Below, piece by piece: positions 29,091 to 37,210 of a stretch of DNA of 64,000 nucleotides (the stretch's first letter is position 1; each line of letters begins with the position of its first letter). This DNA is from an uncultured Chitinophaga sp. (GTDB taxonomy: Bacteria > Bacteroidota > Bacteroidia > Chitinophagales > Chitinophagaceae): positions 24,123-88,122 of the forward strand of contig CAYPOD010000007.1 in NCBI GenBank assembly GCA_964412375.1, written 5' to 3'. Both the position numbers and the translations under genes were made by a program. The notes beneath the pieces are model-generated. The model searched no databases. It worked only from the letters and a program-made list of their open reading frames with translations, and was not told the DNA's origin.

Positions 29091-30773
29091 ATGAAAAAAA
29101 TATTTTTAATTGCTTCGCTGCTATATGCAGTCTGCTTATCCGGGCAACAACTTAGTTACCGCAACCCGATACTGGCCGGTTTTTATCCTGACCCCACTAT
29201 TTGCCGTGCGGGTGATGATTATTATATAACCAATTCCACATTTGTTTATTTCCCGGGGCTTCCCATATTTCATAGTAAAGACCTGGTAAACTGGAAACAG
29301 ATCGGAAATGCGATTGACAGGGCCGAACAGATGGATTTTGCCGGCGCCGGTGTGTCAAGAGGTTTGTTTGCACCATCCATTTCTTACCACAAGGGAACTT
29401 TCTACATTGTGTGTACATGGATTGACCGGATTGGCAATTTTGTGATCACGGCCAAAGATCCGAAAGGCCCCTGGAGCAATCCTGTTGCACTGCCACAGGT
29501 GAATGGTATTGATCCTGCCCTCTTCTTTGATGAAGATGACAAAGCTTATATCATTTACAACAGCATTCCTCCCGACAATAAGCCGATGCATGACGGTCAC
29601 CGCACCATCCGCATGTATCCTTTTGACTGGCAAAACCTGAAAGTCACCGGCAGTGAAATTTTGTTGGTGAATGGCGGAACAGATATGGCTAAAAAACCAG
29701 TGTGGATCGAAGCGCCGCATATCATCAAAAAGGATAGCTGGTATTACTTGATTTGTGCAGAAGGCGGCACGGGTTATAATCATTCGGAGGTGGTTTTCAG
29801 AAGTAAAGAGGTTGCAGGACCTTATGTGCCATATGAAAAGAACCCGATCCTTACTCAGCGGCACCTGGATCGTACACGATCCAACCCTGTCACTACAACC
29901 GGTCATGCTGATTTTGTAGAAACAAAAGATGGCAAATGGTATGCAGTGTTTTTAGGTTGCCGGCCATATGAAGAAGATCATTATAATATCGGGAGAGAAA
30001 CATTCATGTTACCGGTGACATGGAAAGATGGCTGGCCGCATATTTTAGAAGGAGATGAAACAGTGCAGTTCAAATACCCTGTGCCAATGCCTGACCTTAC
30101 AAAAAAGGTAAACAATCCCTACACAGGCAATTTTGTTTATAAAGATGACTTTAAAAGCAGCCAGTTAGACTATCGCTGGATTTTCTTAAGGGCACCTAAA
30201 GAAAACTGGTATAGCCTGGATGAAAAAAAAGGATGGTTGTCTGTAAAACTGCGGCCTGAGACAGTAAGGCAAAGACAAAACCCATCATTTGCCGGGCATC
30301 GCCAGCAGCATATGAAAGGAGAGGCTGTAACTTCCTTATCATTTAATGCAGCCGCTGAAAACGAAAAAGCAGGGCTTATCATTTTTCAGAATGAACAACA
30401 TCATTATTTTATCTGCCAGTCTGTAAAAGATAACCAGCCGGTGATTGAACTATTCAAAGGCCCCGGCAACCGTAATGCAGACAAAGAACCGGAGCTTCTT
30501 GCCTGGCAGCCATTAAAACAGAAAAAACAATCGCTGCAACTGAAAATCACATTTGATAAAGCCGATTATGCATTCTGGTTTTCCACAGGCGACAATAAAT
30601 GGGAATTGCTGAAAGACAAAGTGGATGGCAAGTTTTTAAGCACCTCCACCGCCGGCGGGTTTGTTGGCAGTGTGTTTGGGCTTTACGCCAGCTCCAACGG
30701 GAAAACAAGTGAAAGCAAAGCTTATTTTGACTGGTTTGAATACAAAGGAGACGATGAAGTATTTAAACAATAA
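29091..30773 (+). CDS. Glycoside hydrolase family 43 beta-xylosidase/alpha-L-arabinofuranosidase with C-terminal concanavalin-like domain
   Basis: Signal peptide. YRNPILAGFYPDPTICRAGDDYYITNSTFVYFPGLPIFHSKDLVNWKQIG is the XynB-type GH43 N-terminus. The C-terminal beta-sandwich ends in AYFDWFEY. Confidence 0.85.
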   Translation: MKKIFLIASLLYAVCLSGQQLSYRNPILAGFYPDPTICRAGDDYYITNSTFVYFPGLPIFHSKDLVNWKQIGNAIDRAEQMDFAGAGVSRGLFAPSISYHKGTFYIVCTWIDRIGNFVITAKDPKGPWSNPVALPQVNGIDPALFFDEDDKAYIIYNSIPPDNKPMHDGHRTIRMYPFDWQNLKVTGSEILLVNGGTDMAKKPVWIEAPHIIKKDSWYYLICAEGGTGYNHSEVVFRSKEVAGPYVPYEKNPILTQRHLDRTRSNPVTTTGHADFVETKDGKWYAVFLGCRPYEEDHYNIGRETFMLPVTWKDGWPHILEGDETVQFKYPVPMPDLTKKVNNPYTGNFVYKDDFKSSQLDYRWIFLRAPKENWYSLDEKKGWLSVKLRPETVRQRQNPSFAGHRQQHMKGEAVTSLSFNAAAENEKAGLIIFQNEQHHYFICQSVKDNQPVIELFKGPGNRNADKEPELLAWQPLKQKKQSLQLKITFDKADYAFWFSTGDNKWELLKDKVDGKFLSTSTAGGFVGSVFGLYASSNGKTSESKAYFDWFEYKGDDEVFKQ

Positions 30774-30841
30774 TTTTCATGCTGCGGTGCAAAGACACTT
30801 CGATGTTTTTTTGAAGCGCAGCATCTTGGTGAAAAAAAATT

Positions 30842-32908
30842 TTACTGACTCAGCAAGCTTTGTAAAATAACTGACACTTTCTCCGGGTTCGGCAGCATCG
30901 CCTGTTCCAGTCCCATATTCATCGGCACAGCCGGCAGGTTCAATGCACCCAGCACTTCCACCGGTGCATCGAGTGACTGAAAACAGTTTTTGGAAATTCT
31001 TCCGGCCAATGCTTCTGCAAATGAATTGTTTTGCTGCTCTTCTGTAAGCACCAGGCATTTTCCATGCAGCTTCACTCTTTCGAATATCAACTTTTCATCA
31101 AGGGGAAATAATGTCCGCAGATCAACGATCTCTACCCGGCCTTTAAAGTTCTTTGCTGCTGCTTTTGCCCAATACACACCCATGCCATAGGTGACAACAA
31201 CACAACTTTCACCAGCATCAATAATTTCTTTATCGGCCTCCAATATAATATTGGCCTTGCCCAGCGGAATGATATAATCCCGGGATGGTTCCGGCATTTT
31301 GGCGTCCTCTGTTCCGGGCACTTTGCTCCAGTAAAGACCTTTATGCTCCAGCATCACCACAGGGTTACCGTCATAAAAAGCAGCTTTCATCAACCCTTTC
31401 ATATCTGCTGCATTGGAAGGATAAACCACTTTGATACCTTTCACAGATAGAACTGTCGTTTCAACAGAACCACTATGATAAGGGCCACCGCCACCATAAG
31501 CACCGACAGGCACACGAAGGATCATAGAAACCGGGAACTTGCCGCAGCTCAGGTAACAGCTTTTTGAAATCTCCGTCACCAGTTGATTGAAGCCGGGATA
31601 GATATAATCAGCAAACTGCACTTCCACAATTGGTTTCAACCCCACTGCATGCATACCAACGGTTGAACCAACAATATAAGCTTCCTGTATAGCCGTGTTG
31701 AAAACACGAAGATCACCAAAACGTTCAGCCAATGTTGCGGCTTCACGAAATACACCTCCCAGCCTTCTGCCTACATCCTGTCCATATAAAACACATTCCG
31801 GGTGTTCTTCCATCAGTTCGCGGATGGCAAACAAAGCAGCATCCACCATCATCACTTTTTCTGAACCAGCAGGGCTTCTTTCCCCTTTTTCGACAGTGAC
31901 AGATGTTGGAACAAAAACATAGTCATCTACAGTGTTGGGATCAGGCTCCGGAGCAGCCACTGCTTTGGCAAACTCAATTTCGATAAAATGTGCAGCTTCT
32001 TTTTCGATTTGCTGCAATTCAAACTCCGACAATCCTCTTTCCAATAATTTCTTTTTCAATTTGGGGCCGGGATCATGTTCCAAATGCCGGGCCCAGTCTT
32101 CTTCTGTTCTGTAAAAATCTTTTCTTACACCACTGGTATGATGTCCCAGCAAAGGCACCTGTGCATGAACGAGGTAAGGTTTTCTTTCGCGGCGGACAAA
32201 CCCACACACTTGCTTCATCACACTGTATGACGCTTCAAAATCACTACCATCCACCTGGATGCGGTTCATTCCTTTGAAACCAGCAGCAAATTCAAAAGCA
32301 TTCATCGCCCTTGCTTCTTCCGCTGTTACACTGATGCCCCAGTTATTATCCTGTACCAGGTAAATAACCGGAAGTTGTTTTAGCACCGCAAATTGGAATG
32401 CTTCGCTTACTTCACCTTCCGTAACACTTGCATCACCCAAAGAACAGATTACAACCGGAAGTTCATCATTTGCACCTTTATTTAGCTTAGCAACATTTGT
32501 CTTTTCCCAAAACTGAATTCCCTGTGCAATTCCTGTTGTGGGTATCACCTGCATTCCTGTAGCGCTGCTTTGATGAATGATAGTTGGCTTATCGCTGCCT
32601 TTATAATTGGGGTGATTATAATATTCCCTGCCACCGGTGAAAATATCATTGCCTTTGGCCAGCAATTGCAGCATCAGTTCATAGGGTGAAAAGCCGAGGC
32701 CCAGCATCATGCTTTCGTCGCGGTAGTAAGGACTCACAAAATCCTGCGGCTGCAACTGGAAAGCGGTGGCTAATTGAATGGCTTCGTGACCGCGGGAAGT
32801 GGAATGAACGTATTTGCAAACGGAACGATTGGTCTCGTATGTTTCGGCCATCACTTTGGCCCGGCACATCAGGCGGTAAGCTTCGAGTAATAAAGATGTT
32901 TCTATCAT
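30842..32908 (-). CDS. Fused E1 alpha/beta component of a thiamine-diphosphate 2-oxoacid (branched-chain type) dehydrogenase
   Basis: The N-half has E1-alpha features (GDASVTEGEVSEAFQFA). The C-half has the transketolase-like E1-beta pattern (QDVGRLGGVFR...FNTAIQEAYIVG). The ATG at 32908 is preferred over the TTG at 32917. Confidence 0.85.
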   Translation of the reverse strand: MIETSLLLEAYRLMCRAKVMAETYETNRSVCKYVHSTSRGHEAIQLATAFQLQPQDFVSPYYRDESMMLGLGFSPYELMLQLLAKGNDIFTGGREYYNHPNYKGSDKPTIIHQSSATGMQVIPTTGIAQGIQFWEKTNVAKLNKGANDELPVVICSLGDASVTEGEVSEAFQFAVLKQLPVIYLVQDNNWGISVTAEEARAMNAFEFAAGFKGMNRIQVDGSDFEASYSVMKQVCGFVRRERKPYLVHAQVPLLGHHTSGVRKDFYRTEEDWARHLEHDPGPKLKKKLLERGLSEFELQQIEKEAAHFIEIEFAKAVAAPEPDPNTVDDYVFVPTSVTVEKGERSPAGSEKVMMVDAALFAIRELMEEHPECVLYGQDVGRRLGGVFREAATLAERFGDLRVFNTAIQEAYIVGSTVGMHAVGLKPIVEVQFADYIYPGFNQLVTEISKSCYLSCGKFPVSMILRVPVGAYGGGGPYHSGSVETTVLSVKGIKVVYPSNAADMKGLMKAAFYDGNPVVMLEHKGLYWSKVPGTEDAKMPEPSRDYIIPLGKANIILEADKEIIDAGESCVVVTYGMGVYWAKAAAKNFKGRVEIVDLRTLFPLDEKLIFERVKLHGKCLVLTEEQQNNSFAEALAGRISKNCFQSLDAPVEVLGALNLPAVPMNMGLEQAMLPNPEKVSVILQSLLSQ

Positions 32909-32963
32909 GAACAGCAAGCAATGAAAGCAGCAAAATTAGGGCAATCAGGTTGAGCTGCTAATG

Positions 32964-32990
32964 AAAAACCGGCCCGAAGGCCGGCATTTT
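32964..32990 (-). terminator. Intrinsic terminator of the FAH-family gene at 33057-33668
   Basis: CCGGCC-cgaa-GGCCGG hairpin. On the minus strand it is followed by TTTTTCAT. A second small hairpin, CCTGTC-cgca-GACAGG, lies at 33013-33028. Confidence 0.6.
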
Positions 32991-33056
32991 CTCATGTGAG
33001 CTATTGGTTTTGCCTGTCCGCAGACAGGATATAACAACTTTGCTTGGTTTATTTAT

Positions 33057-33668
33057 TTATTTCACTTCGAGGGCAAATAGGCTGTCATCTTCGATAAAGC
33101 CCTCCAGTTCGTCACCCACCACCACTTCACCCACACCGGCAGGGGTGCCTGTAAAGATCATATCGCCGATATTGACAGAAAAATAATTAGAAATATAGGA
33201 GACGATCGTATCAAAATTGTGGATCATGTTGCCTGAATTGCCCTGCTGCACCAGTTCCTTATTTTTATACAAACAGAAATTAATGTCTTTTTTGTTTTTG
33301 ATATTGGCCAGCGGAATCCATTTTCCTACTACGGCTGAATTATCCCATGCTTTTGCTTTTTCCCAGGGAAGCCCTTTTGCTTTCAGTTCATTCTGGATGT
33401 CCCTTGCGGTGAAGTCGATACCCGTTGAAATGGCATCATAATATTTGCCGGCAAATTTTTCCTGTATGTATTTCCCGTTTTTGCTGATACGCAGCACCAG
33501 TTCACATTCGTAATGGAGTTCATTGGTGAATTCGGGATAATAAAAAGGTGTATGCGGCTGGAGCAAAGCACTTTTCGGCTTCATAAAAATGACCGGCTCA
33601 TCAGGGATCTCGTTTCCCAGCTCTTCGGCATGAGCTGCATAATTACGGCCTACACAAAAAATCTTCAT
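33057..33668 (-). CDS. Fumarylacetoacetate hydrolase family protein (YcgM/FAHD1-like)
   Basis: The length is 203 aa. MKIFCVGRNYAAHAEELG...ELHYECELVLRI...TARDIQ...PWEKAKAWDNS...GDMIFTGTPAGVG is the short FAH-family pattern. Confidence 0.8.
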   Translation of the reverse strand: MKIFCVGRNYAAHAEELGNEIPDEPVIFMKPKSALLQPHTPFYYPEFTNELHYECELVLRISKNGKYIQEKFAGKYYDAISTGIDFTARDIQNELKAKGLPWEKAKAWDNSAVVGKWIPLANIKNKKDINFCLYKNKELVQQGNSGNMIHNFDTIVSYISNYFSVNIGDMIFTGTPAGVGEVVVGDELEGFIEDDSLFALEVK

Positions 33669-33834
33669 AAACAGGCTTGTTTGTGTTTAAATACATCGGA
33701 TACATGACTCGGGGCTGTTCATCCCATATATTCACTGTTATTCATTATGTGTATTGGATTTCAGGCTGTACTGGCATTATTCTATGCCTTTATATAAGGA
33801 CAGGGCTGCTAAAGTAAGTAATCAATCTGATTTA

Positions 33835-34410
33835 TCATAAAGAAAAATCTTTATTATTTACCTGGTTCATGGCTATGGCAAGTCCTTCTAAAACAAAAGT
33901 TTCGATTGCTTCTACCGATCTTTCGATCTTGTGTTTTACCAGGGATTCTTCACCGGCTTTCCATTTGTCCAACACAAAATCAGACTGCTGGCCGCGGGGG
34001 TAATCATTGCCTATTCCAAAGCGCAACCTGGGGTATTTTGTGGTGCCGATCACCTCCTGCACACTTCGCAGGCCATTATGCCCTCCATCACTGCCGCCGG
34101 GTTTCATCTTCAGTTTGTTTAGCGGAATGGCCACCTCATCGGCAACAACCAGGATATTCTCCGGCTCCACTTTTTCCTTTTCCATCCAATATTTTACTGC
34201 CTTCCCGCTCAGGTTCATATAGGTGGTGGGGCAAATGCAAATAAGCTTCTTCCCTTTTATCTTTATTTCTGCCACATAGGCCAGCCGGCCGGTCTGGAAT
34301 TTTCCACCGTGTTTTTGCACCAGCGCATTCACCACATCAAAGCCGATATTATGCCTTGTGTGTGCATATTCATCGCCAATATTTCCCAAACCAACAATCA
34401 GGAATTTCAT
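33835..34410 (-). CDS. pth: Peptidyl-tRNA hydrolase
   Basis: MKFLIVGLGNIG.EYAHTRHNIGF...KPGGSDGGHNGLRS are canonical Pth motifs. It sits in the conserved prs-ctc-pth order. Confidence 0.92.
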   Translation of the reverse strand: MKFLIVGLGNIGDEYAHTRHNIGFDVVNALVQKHGGKFQTGRLAYVAEIKIKGKKLICICPTTYMNLSGKAVKYWMEKEKVEPENILVVADEVAIPLNKLKMKPGGSDGGHNGLRSVQEVIGTTKYPRLRFGIGNDYPRGQQSDFVLDKWKAGEESLVKHKIERSVEAIETFVLEGLAIAMNQVNNKDFSL

Positions 34411-34447
34411 ATTTAATGATCAGGGTTCAAATATCGGTTGAAGTCAA

Positions 34448-34475
34448 TAAAAAACCCCGGCATTCAGGCCGGGGT
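34448..34475 (-). terminator. Intrinsic terminator/attenuator between rplY and pth
   Basis: ACCCCGGC-attcag-GCCGGGGT gives an 8-bp GC-rich stem. On the minus strand it is followed by TTTTTTATTG, directly after the rplY stop. Confidence 0.75.
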
Positions 34476-34497
34476 GCTGTATAATCTTTTCCTGAAA

Positions 34498-35127
34498 TTA
34501 TTTTTTGGCGGCAGCGGGTGCAGCAGCGGCAGCAGCAGGGGCAGCAGCAGCCGCAGGTGTAGCAGCAGCTTCTTCCTGTTTCAGTTGCCTTGTCAGCACC
34601 ACAGATGCGATGGGAATACGGGGAGAGTTCAGGATTTCATAATGCTCCTCTTTCACATCTTCCACCCTGATATTACCATTCAGATCGAGTTCGTCAATTG
34701 GCACTTCGATCTGCTCTTTCAGGTGTTTGGGATATGTTTTCACCTTCAGGGATTTCATTTTGGTAATGAGTTTACCACCATCCTTTACCCCTTTGGAAAC
34801 TCCGGTAAATTTCAGCGGAATATCGGCGATCACTTTCTTGTCATCCACCAGTTCCAGCAGGTCCACATGAATCAGGGCATCGTTCACTTTGTCAAACTGC
34901 AGGTCTTTCATGATAGTGCGGTAAGTTTTACCATCCAATACCACTTCTGCAATCTGGAAACTTGGTGTATACACTAAATTTTTGAAAGCTGCAGCAGGAG
35001 CGGCGAAATTGATCTCCTGTGAGCCGCCATAAATTACACCAGGCACCAGTCCCTGAGAGCGGAGTTGTCGGGTGGCGCTTTTGCCGAATCCGGTCCTCAG
35101 TTGTCCTTCGATTGTAATTGTTTTCAT
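34498..35127 (-). CDS. rplY: 50S ribosomal protein L25/general stress protein Ctc, with Ala/Pro-rich C-terminal tail
   Basis: MKTITIEGQLRTGFGKSATRQLRSQGLVPGVIYGG is the L25/Ctc N-terminus. The ATG at 35127 is chosen, and the upstream extension to 35226 overlaps prs and is rejected. Confidence 0.9.
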   Translation of the reverse strand: MKTITIEGQLRTGFGKSATRQLRSQGLVPGVIYGGSQEINFAAPAAAFKNLVYTPSFQIAEVVLDGKTYRTIMKDLQFDKVNDALIHVDLLELVDDKKVIADIPLKFTGVSKGVKDGGKLITKMKSLKVKTYPKHLKEQIEVPIDELDLNGNIRVEDVKEEHYEILNSPRIPIASVVLTRQLKQEEAAATPAAAAAPAAAAAAPAAAKK

Positions 35128-35146
35128 TATTATGTTGTTTTGTTTT

Positions 35147-36094
35147 TTACTTGTTTCTGCGTTGCGAATGAATAAACAGGCTGGTGATGCTCTTATTCTC
35201 AAACGCATTCCGGATGGCCACTGCAAAAAGCTCGGCTACCGAAATCACTTTGATCTTTGAACTCTCTTTCTGCAGGGGAATTGTATCACAAACGATCAGT
35301 TCCTCCAGCACACTGTTCTCAATATTCTCATAAGCCTTACCGCTCAGCACTGGGTGGGTGATCAATGCCCTTACCGACCTGGCACCTTTTTCTTTTAAAA
35401 GAGCTGCACTTTTGGCCAGTGTGCCGCCGGTGTCGCAGATGTCATCTATGATCACAATATCCCTATCTGTCACATCTCCGATAACCACCATGCTCGCAAT
35501 CTCGTTGGCCCTTTTCCGGTGCTTGTCACAGATCACCATTTCTGCATTAAAGTAACTGGCGATCTCCCTGATGCGGTTGGTAGCTCCCACATCGGGGGCC
35601 GCAAAGGTAAGGTTTTCAAGCCTCAGATTCTCTATGTAAGGGATAAAAACTGCGTGACTGTCCAAATGATCCACTGGAATATCAAAATAGCCCTGAATTT
35701 GGGGGGCATGAAGGTCCATGGTGATGACCCGGTCTGCACCAGCTGCCACTAACATATTGGCAACCAACTTGCTGCCGATGGCAACCCGTGGCCGGTCCTT
35801 TCGGTCTTGACGGGCATAACCATAATAAGGTATAACAGCAATGACTTTGTAGGCGGAGGCACGCCTGGCAGCATCAATCATCAGGAGGAGTTCCATCAGG
35901 TTCTCAGCCGGTGAAAAAGTGCTTTGAATGAGGAATACATAGTCGCCCCTTACACTTTCCAGGAAAATGGGGGAAATCTCGCCATCACTGAAACGCTGGA
36001 TATTTACTTTCCCTAAATGTGTTCCGAATCGTTTGCAGATCTGTTCGGCTAACTTCTGAGAACCAGTGCCGGAGAAAATTTTCGCAGTTTGCAT
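35147..36094 (-). CDS. prs: Ribose-phosphate pyrophosphokinase (PRPP synthetase)
   Basis: KIFSGTGSQKLAEQI...FSDGE...YYGYARQDRK...DLHAPQIQGYF...VIIDDICDTGGTL are canonical Prs motifs. Confidence 0.95.
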   Translation of the reverse strand: MQTAKIFSGTGSQKLAEQICKRFGTHLGKVNIQRFSDGEISPIFLESVRGDYVFLIQSTFSPAENLMELLLMIDAARRASAYKVIAVIPYYGYARQDRKDRPRVAIGSKLVANMLVAAGADRVITMDLHAPQIQGYFDIPVDHLDSHAVFIPYIENLRLENLTFAAPDVGATNRIREIASYFNAEMVICDKHRKRANEIASMVVIGDVTDRDIVIIDDICDTGGTLAKSAALLKEKGARSVRALITHPVLSGKAYENIENSVLEELIVCDTIPLQKESSKIKVISVAELFAVAIRNAFENKSITSLFIHSQRRNK

Positions 36095-36176
36095 GGAGAA
36101 ATAATGTGCGGCGAAGATAGGACTGTCACCGCAATGATGCCCTTAACTGCAAAAAAATTGACCGGTACGAAGCTAT

Positions 36177-36392
36177 TTAACGCATCGCGACAGTAGCAGC
36201 AACGGGTGCTGTGGTTTTCGCCGGGGTTTCTTTGGCAGATGAATTTTCAGTGCCGGAAGAAGACCGGGGATTAAATGTGTAAAAAAGTGAGGAACAAATA
36301 AAAATCGAGAAGGCCAGAACCACCACATAAACGCCGGCAAAAAACAAGATCGGGTGAAGGGCTCCTACAGGGCTTACTTTTTTGGTTTTCAT
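36177..36392 (-). CDS. Small hypothetical membrane protein (71 aa)
   Basis: ORF in an otherwise empty gap upstream of prs on the same strand. It has one clear TM segment (ILFFAGVYVVVLAFSIFICSSLF) and a Ser/Thr/Ala-rich tail. I recognise no homology. Confidence 0.35.
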   Translation of the reverse strand: MKTKKVSPVGALHPILFFAGVYVVVLAFSIFICSSLFYTFNPRSSSGTENSSAKETPAKTTAPVAATVAMR

Positions 36393-36506
36393 ACTTAGCA
36401 GATTTTAGGGGTTTTCAATGAAATTGGATTTCAACCTAACCGGTAGCTTGTTTCAATACCGGTATTTAGTATTGATAACGCCAAAAATATTGGTTAAATT
36501 GTTTTC

Positions 36507-37199
36507 ATGCAAGAGCATAAGTACTCAATTAAAAAATGGGCAAAAGACGACAGGCCCCGGGAAAAACTACTACTGTCAGGTGCCGAAAACCTGAGCCATT
36601 CTGAATTACTAGCCATTCTTATCCACAATGGCACCCGTGAAAAAACAGCGGTTGATCTTGCCAAAGATGTGTTGCGGCTGGGCAAAGACAACCTGAATGA
36701 ACTGGGCCGGCTTTCTGTTAAGGATTTAATGAAAATAAAGGGCATTGGAGAGGCAAAAGCCATTACCATCGCTGCCGCCCTGGAATTGGGCCGCAGAAGA
36801 CAAGCGGCTTCATCTTTAGAGAAACCAGTCATTTCCACCAGCAATGATATTGCCCGGTTTCTGCAGTCGAAATTCAGAGACCTGCGCCATGAGATCTTTG
36901 CCGTTTTATACCTCAACAGGGCCAATAAAGTGAAACATTTTGAGATCATCAGCGAGGGTGGAATCACCGGCACAGTGGCCGATCCACGGGTCATTTTGCG
37001 AAAAGCACTGGAGGAAGATGCCGTGAGCATTATTTTATGTCATAATCATCCTTCCGGCAGTCTGCGCCCAAGCCGGGCCGATGAACAACTTACAGCTAAA
37101 ATAAAGGGGGCAGCCATGTTATTTGATATTCATGTGCTGGATCATATTATTGTCAGCGAAGAAGGGTATTTCAGTTTTGCCGATGAAGGACTTTTATAG
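36507..37199 (+). CDS. radC: RadC-family JAB/MPN-domain protein (UPF0758)
   Basis: DRPREKLL..G...LS..ELLAILI..G, the HhH segment LMKIKGIGEAKA, and ILCHNHPSGSLRPSRAD (JAMM H-x-H-P-S-G motif). Confidence 0.9.
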   Translation: MQEHKYSIKKWAKDDRPREKLLLSGAENLSHSELLAILIHNGTREKTAVDLAKDVLRLGKDNLNELGRLSVKDLMKIKGIGEAKAITIAAALELGRRRQAASSLEKPVISTSNDIARFLQSKFRDLRHEIFAVLYLNRANKVKHFEIISEGGITGTVADPRVILRKALEEDAVSIILCHNHPSGSLRPSRADEQLTAKIKGAAMLFDIHVLDHIIVSEEGYFSFADEGLL

Positions 37200-37210
37200 G
37201 CAATGCATCG

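Noticed and set aside
30779-30824. The pair ATGCTGCG...CGCAGCAT (8-bp stem, 30-nt loop) between the convergent GH43 and E1 genes, considered as a possible bidirectional terminator.
   Set aside because: The loop is too large and there is no adjacent T-tract on either strand in terminator position. The evidence is too weak to list as a feature.
34500-34575. A GCAGCAGC-rich tract that superficially resembles a microsatellite or repeat array. A similar short tract occurs at 11885-11910.
   Set aside because: Both tracts are in frame inside coding sequence. One encodes the Ala-rich tail of L25 and the other the poly-Ala h-region of a Tat signal. Neither is a CRISPR or tandem-repeat locus.
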